Below, piece after piece: positions 44,263 through 55,861 of a DNA stretch of 64,000 nucleotides (positions are counted from its first letter, which is position 1; each line of letters opens with the position of its first letter). Where the stretch lies: assembly GCF_009914755.1 (NCBI RefSeq), contig NC_060931.1, one strand, 5' to 3'. The notes beneath the pieces were generated by a model. The model did no database searches and was not told where the DNA came from. It worked only from the letters and a program-made list of their open reading frames with translations. This DNA comes from the human T2T-CHM13v2.0 reference genome, Homo sapiens. Position numbers and translations under genes: made by a program.

Positions 44263-45462
44263 GAAACTCACATCTGGATTCAATTGATTGGATTTTAACC
44301 AGCCCCCATTGCAATATGCAAATAATTGTCCTCTTCAGTGTATACTTCACAGCTGATAAAACTGAGGTGTCTTAGTCTTAGAGCCCCAAACTTCTCTCTC
44401 ATTTCCTTCTTTCCTCTGATAGCAAAATCTTTCAGAGAGATGTCTTCATCCAGAATGCATCTCATACACTGTCCAATTTTGTCTAAAAACATTAATAAAT
44501 CAAGCAAATGAGAAATTCCATTCACAAGTCTGCTTCGTTTTGAGGGAAACTGACTTGCCCCAACCACTTCCATTCATGAATGAAGAGCAGACTTAAAACA
44601 TAGACACAACTCTCTATATATATCTGTTTTCCCCATTTAATTCCTCTTACTTTTACACTGACTCATCCTCTCTCCACCTTCCACACCCATTCACCTGTCC
44701 AGAACATCAACAATTCTGCCTGCTTTTGGAAATCTAGAAGTCATTAATCTCTTCTCTTCTTTCAACTCTTTATTGTTTTCTGTATTTCGCTTCAATGACT
44801 TGCTTACCTTTCGTGAGCTCTCTTACAATGTCTAAGACATAGAAATTGTTTCAATACTTGAAAGGTGATCCAGGACCCAAAGAAGGTAAAGTAAAAAATT
44901 TTGGCATGCCAAGATTTTCAGAATACCTGGTTATCTGAGTTTCCTAAAATCTAGAGCCAGATGCTTCTAATCATAAACTCAAGGACAATTGGTCAACATT
45001 ATTATATTCTTAATTTCAGTTCTAAATGTGGCACAATGTGCCCATAAAAATATCCTCATCTGTGCTTTTTGTGTTGGATGCTAGTCAACTTCAGAATTCA
45101 AACTTAGATATATCATCCCATTAGCTTTTCTGACATTTATCCCCACCCCCACACCCCCAATTTCAGTTCCATGTGAATTTAACACAGGTGCAGACTCAGG
45201 CTTCACATAAGGGAGCAATTTTCTGATTCATTCATATAAGACCCCGAGGGAAAGAGAGAACAAGATGTACCAAGGTAATACTGCTTGTTGAAAAATTAAC
45301 TTAGCTTGTTTTTCTACTAAGGTAAGAATGCTCATATCCAGTGCTTAGATATGTGAACCAGCCCCACATATAATTCCTTAGTCATTGTGTGGCAGCATTT
45401 TTTTTATCTCAAGCTGAGAAAATGGTTCTTAGAGAATATAGATAAAGAGATGACTCTATTTT

Positions 45463-45632
45463 CATTTTTTATTTCTTTTAGAGATGGAGTCTCGCTATGT
45501 TGCCCAGCCTGGAGTGCAGTGGCTATTCACAGGCATGATCACAGAGCACCACAGCCTTGGGCTCAAGCAATCCTCCTTCTTAGCCCCCTGAGTATCTGGG
45601 ACTATACTCAGGCACATGCCACCACACTTGGC
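45463..45632 (-). mobile_element. FAM (fossil Alu monomer)
   Basis: 7SL-derived ggctattcacaggcatgatc segment absent from dimeric Alus; TSD ctc(t/c)atttt. Confidence 0.85.
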
Positions 45633-46279
45633 TCCATTTTATGTCTTTTTTTAAAAAATCAGTCTACTTCATTGTTTCACTTCTATGCAGTAGAGATGCA
45701 ACAGCAAAAATAGAGTGATAACTTCCCCCAGGCACACTGCTCTGCAAAAGCCACTGTTTCTTAGAGAAACACATATGAACACATTTCTAAGTTGTGCATG
45801 CTCAAATACATTTTGTAAATTATTATTCATAAAAATTCTTGGGTTTTATTAGTTTAGGGCTCAGTGAGCCTTCTAGCTGAACTATAGAGTTATGCAGTGT
45901 CTGGAAGCAGAATGGAGGGGGAAGCTAATTAACATAGTTCTTACATCACCAATGGAAATTCTTTATTTGCCCTCAGGATCTACATTGCTGTGTCTACTCA
46001 ACACTGTTAAATATGACAAGGTCAGTAACCCTGTTTTTGTAACAATGAATGTGAACAAACTCGGACCTCACACACATTGTCATTGTTTAACAGGGTCAAC
46101 TGAGTTAACTGGGAGCATTATGCATGTATAGTGCCAAGAAGGCCCCATCAACAGTCACGTATATAATGTTAACATATTAGCATAAGTAGTGGAGCAACAG
46201 ATGGCCAAGCTAGAGCAAGTCAGATTAACCCGAAGATTCTGCACTAACTGTTGAGCCATAAGAGGGCTTTATATCTCAA

Positions 46280-46432
46280 CACAGGAAACACTGGACAGGG
46301 ACATGGGAGACCAGTGTTCTAGTCTTACCTCTGCCAGTTCCTTCCTAAAGGCTCAATTTCCACAGCAGTAGGATGAGCAATCTGACCAGAGGACATGGAA
46401 ACCCCTTTTTGCTTGCAAAGCTATGATTCTAA
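46280..46432 (+). mobile_element. MIR3-like SINE
   Basis: cactggacaggga...gttctagtcttacctctgcca; terminal ctatgattcta. Confidence 0.55.
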
Positions 46433-48423
46433 TGCAGTCTACAGGATAAATGCATTGCCTGTATGAATTTCAATGACAACTTATTTTTAATACAGTGTGT
46501 TTTGTACCGAGCTTCTATTTTTATTCCTTTGGTATTTGGCAGAGAGGTGGGAGGTATAGAAAGATGAACTCTAGCAAATCTGATTACCTAAAGTGGCCTG
46601 TGTTCAGGAACTTAGAAGTCTCTACAAGTTGGATAAAGTAACAACTGACATGAGCTCCTTAGGCCTTGCAACATTATCAGTGCTATAACACAATATATTT
46701 ATCATCTTCTGAGAAACTCTATTTAGAATTCCAGTGGGAGTTTGTGACTCCCTTTATAATTCCAATGAAATAAACACTATTAAATCAATTTTTTTAGATT
46801 AAGAAATGAAGTCAGTTCCAGTTAAGTCATGTTAGGACAATTTAAAACCTTAACCAACAATTACTTTTTAAATGTATGTTGTTAAAATTTGCTTTTTTTC
46901 TGTCATTATACATACACCCAACAATTCATAATATCAGATAAATACTAGGCAAATACTATTACAGGGTGGAACTATAAGTTGCCTAGAAGGAAGAAAATAT
47001 TCTATAAACATGAAACAAGCTTCTTTTGGTGAAAGAAAGGGAAACAAATATAAAATAAAAACTATCTAATGGAAAAGTACTATAAAGTATTGTAGATTGG
47101 CATATAAATAAGCCAAAGGATATGAGGGAAGGAGTGTTGCTTTTAAATCCATTTAAGTGTAAATAGACATCTTAGAAAACAATTTATTTTTAATGTAAAT
47201 TGTCCTAATGTTATAGTACAAATTTCCTTTACATATCGTATTGGTTAAACTGTGTCTTTTCAACCCTAATTTTTTTATATTAAATTGTAAATGTTTGTAC
47301 TGAGCCTTTTAAATGCTTGATGCAGTGTTATTATTCTGCAGCAAAACATTTCTGATGCACAACATTATTTTAAAATAAATCTCTCAAGATGATCATAGTT
47401 GCTGAAGTCCCCTGAAATTTATGGCATTTAAGAATAGATGTGTGTTTCTTCGGTGTGGGAGTTCTTCAAGGGAATTTTTAACTGCTGATGCAAACGTTAG
47501 TAAGCAATGCACTTGTTTGGTTAAGACTTTTAGCCTTGACCTCAGGCTTTAAACCCTTGTCCTTTATTAATCACGTGTTTCCTGAATCAAAGAGAATATT
47601 TTTGGAGGGGGAAAATTGTTCTGGGACTGAAGGAGTGTTATATACCAAACAGACATGCCCAGATGACAAATAACCCCTGAATGATAGCCAGGGTTCATCC
47701 AGCTGGTCGGCCCCATATTATGTGATTGATGGTGTTGATGTTCTAAATAGGCCTAAGATGTGCCAAGTATAAGAGCCATAACAAAGTCCTTCAGATTTAC
47801 ACTGTAGATAGAAGGAGGAAGCGAGAAGGCATGTTCCCAGCACATGGCAATTCTAAGAATGGTGTCATGATTACAAGTAACCTTGCAGGGTTTGTCTGGT
47901 TTATTTCGAAGTTAAACAAAAACTATTTGTTGGTCAGGAATGAATAGGGTCACATAAGGTCTGTCTCAACCTTATGATTACTAAAATGTTTCTCTGTAAC
48001 TGGACACCTTCTGAAGCTAGAATAACATTGGAATCCATTGTAGGGATCAATACACTGATTTTTCCTTTGCCTTTTGAGGCTTCTGAGAAAATAAGAAAGG
48101 TTCTTTGCTTTAAAAACGAGGTATTATCGTGACATATATTAAAGCCATTAAGTATTTGAAGTAAAATATCTCAAAGATTATTTATCCTAACTTCATTCTC
48201 TTTACATTTGGGAAAAGGGAATGGTATTTTTAATCAAGCAGAGTCACAATAACGCTATGTTTATTCCTTTAAAGCATTTATGAATAATTCTTTAGAAGCA
48301 AACAATACAGAAAAAAGCCAAAAACTCATATTTGAGCTTTTCAAGAAGACAATGATAGTACTTTCTATTTTAAAATGAATGTTAAATATACTTCATATGC
48401 ATAAGAAGCTGTTATATTATTAT

Positions 48424-48811
48424 TTTGTTGTTTTTTAATTTATTTTTTATTTCAATAGGTTTTGGGGGAACAGGTGGTGTTTGGTTACATGAATAAGTTC
48501 TGTAGTGGTGATTTCTGAGATTTTGGTGCACCCATCACCTGAGCAGTGTACACTGTATTCAATGTGTGTAGTCTTTTATCCCTCACCACCTCCACCCTTC
48601 CCCCGCACCAGTCCCCAAAGATCACTCTATCATTCTTATGCCTTTGTGTCCTTGTAGTTTAGCTCCCACTTATGAGTGAGAGCATACAATGTTTGGTTTT
48701 CCATTCCTGAGTTACTTCACTTAGAATAATAGTCTCCAATTCCATCCAGGTTGCTGTGAATGCCATTATTTAGTTCCTTTTTATGGCTGAGCAGTAATTC
48801 CATGGGGTGCA

Positions 48812-48857
<46 letters not shown>

Positions 48858-49298
48858 CATATATATATATACTCACACATACGACATTTTCTTTATCCAT
48901 TATTTGATTGATGGGAATTTTTGCAATTGCAATTTGCAATTGCAAATTGTGCTGATAAACATGCATGTGCAAGTACCTTTTTCATATAATGACTTCTTTT
49001 CCTCTGGGTAGATACCTAGTAGTGGGATTAGTGGACCAAATGGTAGATCTCCTTTTAGTTGTTTAAGGAATCTCCACACTGTTTTCCATAGTGGTTGTAC
49101 TAGTTTACATTCCCACCAACAAAGTAAAACTGTTCCCTTTTTACCACATCCGCTTCAACATCTATTATTTTTTTATTTTTTTGATTATGGCCATTCTTGC
49201 AGGAGTGAGGTGCTATCACATTGCAGTTTTGATTTGCATTTCCATGATAATTAGTGATGTTGAGCATTTTTCCATATGCTTGTTTACCATTTGTATAT
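48424..49298 (-). mobile_element. L1PB1-like 3' end with an internal (TG)n(TA)n microsatellite
   Basis: caataggttttgggggaacaggtggtgtttggttacatgaataagttc; perfect 20-bp TSD at 48404-48423 and 49299-49318. Confidence 0.93.
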
Positions 49299-50636
49299 AG
49301 AAGCTGTTATATTATTATGAGATTTCATTAGCAAAAATTCACATCTTTATATAGCAATTTTGTGTAAACCTTCACAGCACCAAGAAAGTAGATTTCAATA
49401 AACTGACCCTCACTTTTCATCTTCTCCACAAAATTGCTTTTACTAAATTGATTCCATTGGGAGCTTTAAGGAAGAGCCCTGTGAAACTTGTCCCTGGGAT
49501 TAAAGTAAGCGTGTTGTTCAGGACAATTTCCATGAGGACACTTTGAGAAACTTTTTGTAGTCTTAGTATCAGGAATAGTTGTGCCTCTCTGAGACAATAT
49601 ATTTACACTGCCATAAAGACCCTGAGGTGCATGTAACTGAGGACATTTACTTCTTTGCATTGGTCACTGAAAAGCATGAAACTTAATTTGAAACCCATCT
49701 TTCACAATAAGATAGGGCTTAATAGTACATGTTTTGGCTTCTATTTCATTCTTGGATTTGTTTAACGTTCTTGTCTTTTCCTTTTGTTACAGGTTTCTCA
49801 CTAAACTATTATCTCAATGTTATCTGTTCTTGTGATCCTCCTTAAGTTTCTTGGGAACAAAAGAAGACTGTTAATTAACATTTTGATTTTTGTGAAAACA
49901 TGCTTTCCCCATCACCTTTCACAAATTTTAGATGACTTTATAAACGAGAAAACTCAAAAAATGAAAAGTTTGCTGAATGAATATAAATAGTACCATGACT
50001 TAATGTGATAGAATGCTGAAGATCAGAATTGTCAACTAATCTGATCTTCAATATTTAGTTCCCAGTTGAGGATGGATTCACCAGTCAGAAAAGCCATTCG
50101 ATTCTGTGTTACCTAATATTATATTATTCAAGATATTATGAATGTGTATATCTAGAAACCTGCAGTTGATAAACACTGTACAAAAGTGAAGCACATCGAA
50201 TCATGATACTGCCATTACATTTCAGTGACTCTTATATCAACGAGCCATGGGACAATCTCTCAGGGAAAACATTCATGATTTTAAGAGTGAAATACACCCC
50301 TTCCCTTAAGCAAACAAAAGAGAAATTTTTCTCTCCATTGTGGTTTTGAGAAATAAAATGTTACAATATTCTTTTTGGTTTCAGTTTTGTTTTGGCACAT
50401 TGCCGTTTCTGTTACCATTATGGTTGCTGATTTTATATTTAAAAGTGCTTTACATATACCCGTTAGTCTTCACTGCAGCTTTCCAAGTTTAGGAAATATC
50501 CAGTTTCTTATACCTAGTTAACAAATACATAAACTAAATCACATATTTAGATTCTTTTTTAACCCACTATATAGCAAGTATGGTCTATAGCTGAGAATAA
50601 AGTCTGTGACTGTGTAAGTCAAGATAACCGGCTGTG

Positions 50637-50983
50637 GGCCAGGTGCGGTGGCTCACTCCTGTAATCGCACCACTTTGGGAGGCCGAGGCAAGCGGATTAC
50701 CTCAGGTCAGGAGTTTGAGACCAGCCTGGCCAACATGGCAAAACCCTGTCTCTACTAAAAATACAAAAATTATCTTGGCATGGTGGTGCATCCCTGTAAT
50801 CCCAGCTGCTAGGGAGGCTGAGGCAGGAGAATCCCTTGAACCAGGGAGATGGAGGTTGCAGGAGAATCGCTTGAACCTGGTGGAGGTTGCAGTGAGCCAA
50901 GATCGTGCCGCTGCACTCCAGCCTAGGCAACAGAGCCAGAGTCCATCTCAAAATAACAAATAAATAACAACAACAACAAAAAC
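50637..50983 (+). mobile_element. AluSx/Sz-like Alu with an internal tandem duplication
   Basis: Full dimer; TSD aga.aa..ggctgtg at 50622-50636 and 50984-50998. Confidence 0.93.
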
Positions 50984-51479
50984 AGACAATAGGCTGTGAT
51001 CATTGTCTCCAGGAAAGGTGTGGCGAATAATGGTCAATTAGACCTCACAAGATAAATACATAAAGGTATAACCAACAGAATTGTGCTACAAGCTCTATTC
51101 TGATTGGAGAAATTTTGTGTCTCTAAATTATTCTCACATGATTTTTAACACAGATAAAAGTGAAAATAAAGCCCCAAGAAACCCATGCTCTCCTTTGCTT
51201 GAAAATCCTCCCACTGGCAAGATAGTGAGTTTACTCATGGTTTGTTTGTCACTGCATAACCTGTAACTCCACCCCTATGTAAGCTCTTCCACCTTTACAT
51301 ATTAGAATTTCAACAGCTATAATCAGTCTGTCCAGTTCAGATATTTATTTGCAGCAATAGGTGACTTCGTTGTGAAGACAACAAAAGTGTCCTTTTAAAG
51401 CATGAGAACTACACATGTACTACACTGTATGGTTATGAATAATTACTTTCCCTTTACTCTGAAAGAGATTCTGATCATT

Positions 51480-52860
51480 TCAGTGTTCCTCGCCACCAAG
51501 GAAGTGGTGAAACTCTTAGCTAGATGTGGTTAAGGGGTTACTCTTGAATCTGAGTTCTCTTTTCCTCTGGGTTTTGCTGAACTCTTTCTTCTGTCTGGGC
51601 TTTTATGACTATTGGTGGGTTTTCTCAGTCATTCAAGCTGCAGTTGCTCAAAGTGCCCTTGAAGCAGGGATTTTCTATTAATAGTATTTTTAAAGATGTT
51701 TGCTTCTTCTCAACTTCCTCAGAAAATTCAGTCCCTAGTTACATAAGAGGCTGGAAATGCCTGCCCTCTCTATTTGTTGCCTTAAATTTTCTTTGAGCAC
51801 TGTTCCTTCTGTTTTCTCCTTGTGCAAAATAGAAGTGGTTGCTTGTACCAGAAGAAAACTGAAATTCTACAAATATACATCAGGATCGCATTCTGTCCCA
51901 CTATTATTTTCAGGAAGAACTATATTATGATACTTTTTCTGTAACAATATTAAATGCACATGGACTAGCCATAAGAGAACTCATCAGCATCTCAGATTAG
52001 ATTTTATATGCCTAAGTCTTTCATTTGAGATAGTGTCAATGTTGATTGAGTGGTTTCTGCTGTACTGAGCATCTACCTACCTTTAGTTTCACTCAGGCAC
52101 CTAAGAAACGGTCAAGCCCTTAGTTCTTCCCATTCCTTCACATATTTTCCTCTGTTCCTGGCTCTTAGTGTTTTATCTGTTTTCAATTTCAGTTACAGTG
52201 AGTATACACTGTCCCCCTGAGCTCTTTTCCCAGAGACTCTCCGCTGCTATTCCAAAGGGCCTAAACTTCTATTCTGTCTGTCAAAGATGGTTAATACATG
52301 AGTATTAACGTCCAGTTTTTTTATATAGTAATTGAAAGTTTGCCTGCTGTGTACAAGACTGCCCTGCTGGCCAGGAACCCGACTGGACATAGCATTCGCC
52401 AGCCACCTGCTGGGAACAACAGTACAGCGAGACAGACAGTGAACTCTGTTACCCAACAGGCATTTGCCAGGGCCTGATTTCTGCGATTCAGGGATGTACC
52501 TTTCAAAGGCTCTTCATCCAACTGCAAATCTTCCCTTCACTCATCTACTTGTTTGGATTCAGAAGATAGCACTTGCCACAAAGAGACACATTCCCTAATA
52601 ACGTTTTATTCTTTTCTCTCGACCAACCTCTCTTTAATTCCCTGCATGTGGTAAGCTTCCTCAAAGTCTTCTGACTATCCACCCTGAGCCCATATCCTTG
52701 CATCTTTGTTTCCCTTTTTCACCATTATCACTCCAGAGAGATTCTCTTTGTAATCTTGGTCAGCTTTACAGACTCATCCTTTGTAATGGTTTGTATTAAT
52801 ATCTTTTCCTTTCTATAGCATCCTGTAGGGTTTTCAAAACCTTTTGATTTTGTTTTTCCT
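51480..52860 (-). mobile_element. Ancient CR1/L3-clade LINE reverse-transcriptase remnant
   Basis: Minus-strand VDSQKT...PH (cf. LDFxKAFDxVPH), SSRVPGQQGS (cf. SGVPQGS), FNYYIKKLD (cf. FNIFINDLD) and aaagacttagg (KDLG), in the correct order. Confidence 0.55.
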
Positions 52861-55699
52861 TTGTGACTTTCTTATGGTTTCATTTTGCATTTGTTTAGAT
52901 ACTTGCAATCTGATTGACACAACTGTCAAGATCAATTTTTTTACGCACTCTCTGCTTGGCTTCTAAGATTCATTTCGGCAGCTTCATTGTGGTTTGTTCA
53001 TCTTTCTTGACTTTCCCTACAATCCAGAGTACTGTAGATGATTAGTGTAGCTTTCTCAGCATGCTTTTCACAGCCATCACAAGGCTTGGGAACTCTTGCA
53101 AAGGTCTAAGATTTTTGCAACATTAACTTTTAGGTCACCTTAGTGAATTTATAAAGGTGATTTATATTCTCTTCTCTACAATGAATAAACTTCTTTTGTC
53201 CTTTATGGGAGTACTCAAGAGCCCATGGTTTCCATCCTATTTCATTTCCTCTTATTTCTTAACCTTCTTTTCATTGATTTGTACTAATATATCAATGTGC
53301 TTGGCTCCTTTTTTAATGATCTATGCCTGTTTCTAAGATTTTAAGTCAATCCCATGGATAATGAATTTGTATTTCTCCTTTCCCCAAATTGTGGTTTTTA
53401 TCAACATAATGCCTATATATTCAAATAGGTTATTTAGGCATGAGGCATAAATGTAAATATTCTTCATCGCATATGTGTTGAAAACATCCAACACTAGATG
53501 TGTAGCTTCTAACTTTGAAAATTTGATTGGAGAACTACAGGAATTACTTTTTTCTGCCTTTTGAGTCTGTAGAAGAGAATGATTTTCAAATATTCTACAT
53601 TTTCTGACTTTCCTAAAGCTTAATCCCATTAATGACTTATAAGGGTAATTGAGATTTCTCTTGTTTAATATCCCTATATGTGCTTAGAGGCTGTTATGCC
53701 TCATTTTAGGTTTTTTTCCTTTCAAGTGAACATGCCAAGCAGTCTGCACCCTTTATTTAGAGGCTGACATACAAACCCTTTATCAACTTGTTGTTCTCCT
53801 TTGAACTCTTTCCAATTTACTTGAATTTTAAAACCTTAGTTGCACATTTAGCCACATTTTCTGTAGTTCCAGAGTACAAAAAGAATGTTGTGCTCACTCT
53901 GCCTCTTGCTCACTCTCCACTTTGTGAATTGTCATGATCTGCTTGAACCCCTTCACACCTAACAAGAGCCTGATCCTGTGCCTGACATCCCAAAGCCTCC
54001 CCCCAACCAGGTACATCTGGCTCCCGTGAACAATAATGGTTCCCTCCTCCAACATGGCAATTGCTTTACAAGGGAGTTGGCATCAGAGTATGTAGTTTTC
54101 AGACTCTTTGGTACTGAAGAAATCATTCTGCCCTTTATAACCAAAAAATGACCAAGTTACCTATGTGTCAAGACGGGCCTTAAAAAAGGAATTTTTTGCA
54201 AAATATTTATTAGTTTGGTAGATGGCCATGTTGGTTGGCATTCTCATATGAGGCGTATCTGGAAATATCCCTTCTTCTGTCAAACTCTGCACAATCAATT
54301 CAATCACTCTGCCTCCCTGTTGGGTCTTGGTTTCTCAAAGATAATTTTGATAAGTTTGTTGATGTTGTATCTGTTTTGCCAATTTGCAAGGGAAAAAGAT
54401 AAACTTTAATAAAAAGTGGAGGACATTAAGAGAATAAAAAAGATCTTTCAAAAGAAAGATAGTCAGACATAGATATAGATTCTAGCTAGTAATCAATTAG
54501 GGAAGTTAGGAAAAATTCATACCCTCTTCTGAAAATTCCCTTATCTATACATAGCCAAATATAAAATCAGGTTTATCATGAAACTAAAAAGATAAAGTTG
54601 TTTTCTAGCAAGATGAAACTAATAAAAGAAGTCACATTTTCCCCCAATCAACAACAATTATAATAATATTAAATTCAATTTTCTTTTGCAAGACCCAGTT
54701 TTCTTTAGGATTGTTTATTTTCACCCCAAAAGAGGCATATCCCAATGAACCTTATGGCAAACTTAACTTTATATTTTTTACCTTCTCTTACCTTATCTCA
54801 TAAGCTTGAGAATTTATGTCTTGCATTATTTTGTTGATCATTTTTATTTCCAATGACAGTGAATTTTTAATTCCTGGTGATGCTGTGGATAATGATGTTG
54901 CAAAGATTGTATACCAGCCCTCCTAGCTAGATTAATGAAGGGGCTGGCATGGACATAGAAGTACCAATTTAGAATCATTTTAGAGAAAGAAAGAACAATA
55001 GTAATGTACAAACTCTGGTAAATATAACGTATATTATTCCACTCTTTAAAACTGCTTGTAGTGAGGTGTTATTAGCTAAGGCTGCTGCCGCAGCAGCTAC
55101 TAGAGCCCATGAACTGCAGTGGTGCAAGTCCTAGAAGAGTTTATTTGTCTGTATTGATTTCCTGAAAACCTCGATTTTGGTGAAAAACGGAATATAGAGA
55201 TTTTTTTGATGTGAGCAGCTCCCACTATTACACTGACCTGTGTTCATGCCCCTATGGTGATTAAACTCTTTCTTGGGCTCAAATCAAATCCTGGCTCTTG
55301 TTAATTTGTATAATCCATTTGACTAAAGATCCAGAAATGAGTTCTAGCTGCAAAGACTGGACTGGACTGCACTGCAGGTGTTTGAGAGACACTGCCCTAT
55401 GTTGCATTTGACCACATTCCTCCCTGTTGGGAGCCAGATAAGGTACCACAGTATTATTCCTGGTCTTGGAAAAGTTCCAAAGGTCTCTACACCAATTCAT
55501 AAGATATTGGGTGACCTGACCTAATGTGCCAAGTTTTCTGAGAAGTTCATGCAGATTGTCACTTCCATAGGTTCCTTTCCATGAAAGCAAGTACTACACC
55601 TAAGTACACTTAGGTACTACACCTAAGAAGGCAACAAGGAGGGACAGATTATGTAGCTGAGGAGACAACACAAAGACTGAACAAGCCCTCCTCATTCCT

Positions 55700-55860
55700 T
55701 GCCTTTATGTAATGCTTTACACATTACAAAGCATGTCATCATTTAGCTGGTCCCTATTTTGTCTCTACAATTACTCTGTAACATAATTAGGGGCAACAAA
55801 ATTAACTTTAGAACAGAGGAACCTGAAACTCAGAAATAGTAAATGGCTTGCTAAAGTTAG
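55700..55860 (-). mobile_element. MIR SINE
   Basis: aatgctttacacattacaaagc...gaggaacctgaaactcagaaatagtaaatggcttgc. Confidence 0.65.
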
Positions 55861-55861
55861 C

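Noticed and set aside
54911-54950. Imperfect inverted repeat ataccagccc/gggctggcat as a miRNA or MITE
   Set aside because: The stem is too short, there is no TSD and I recognise no family.
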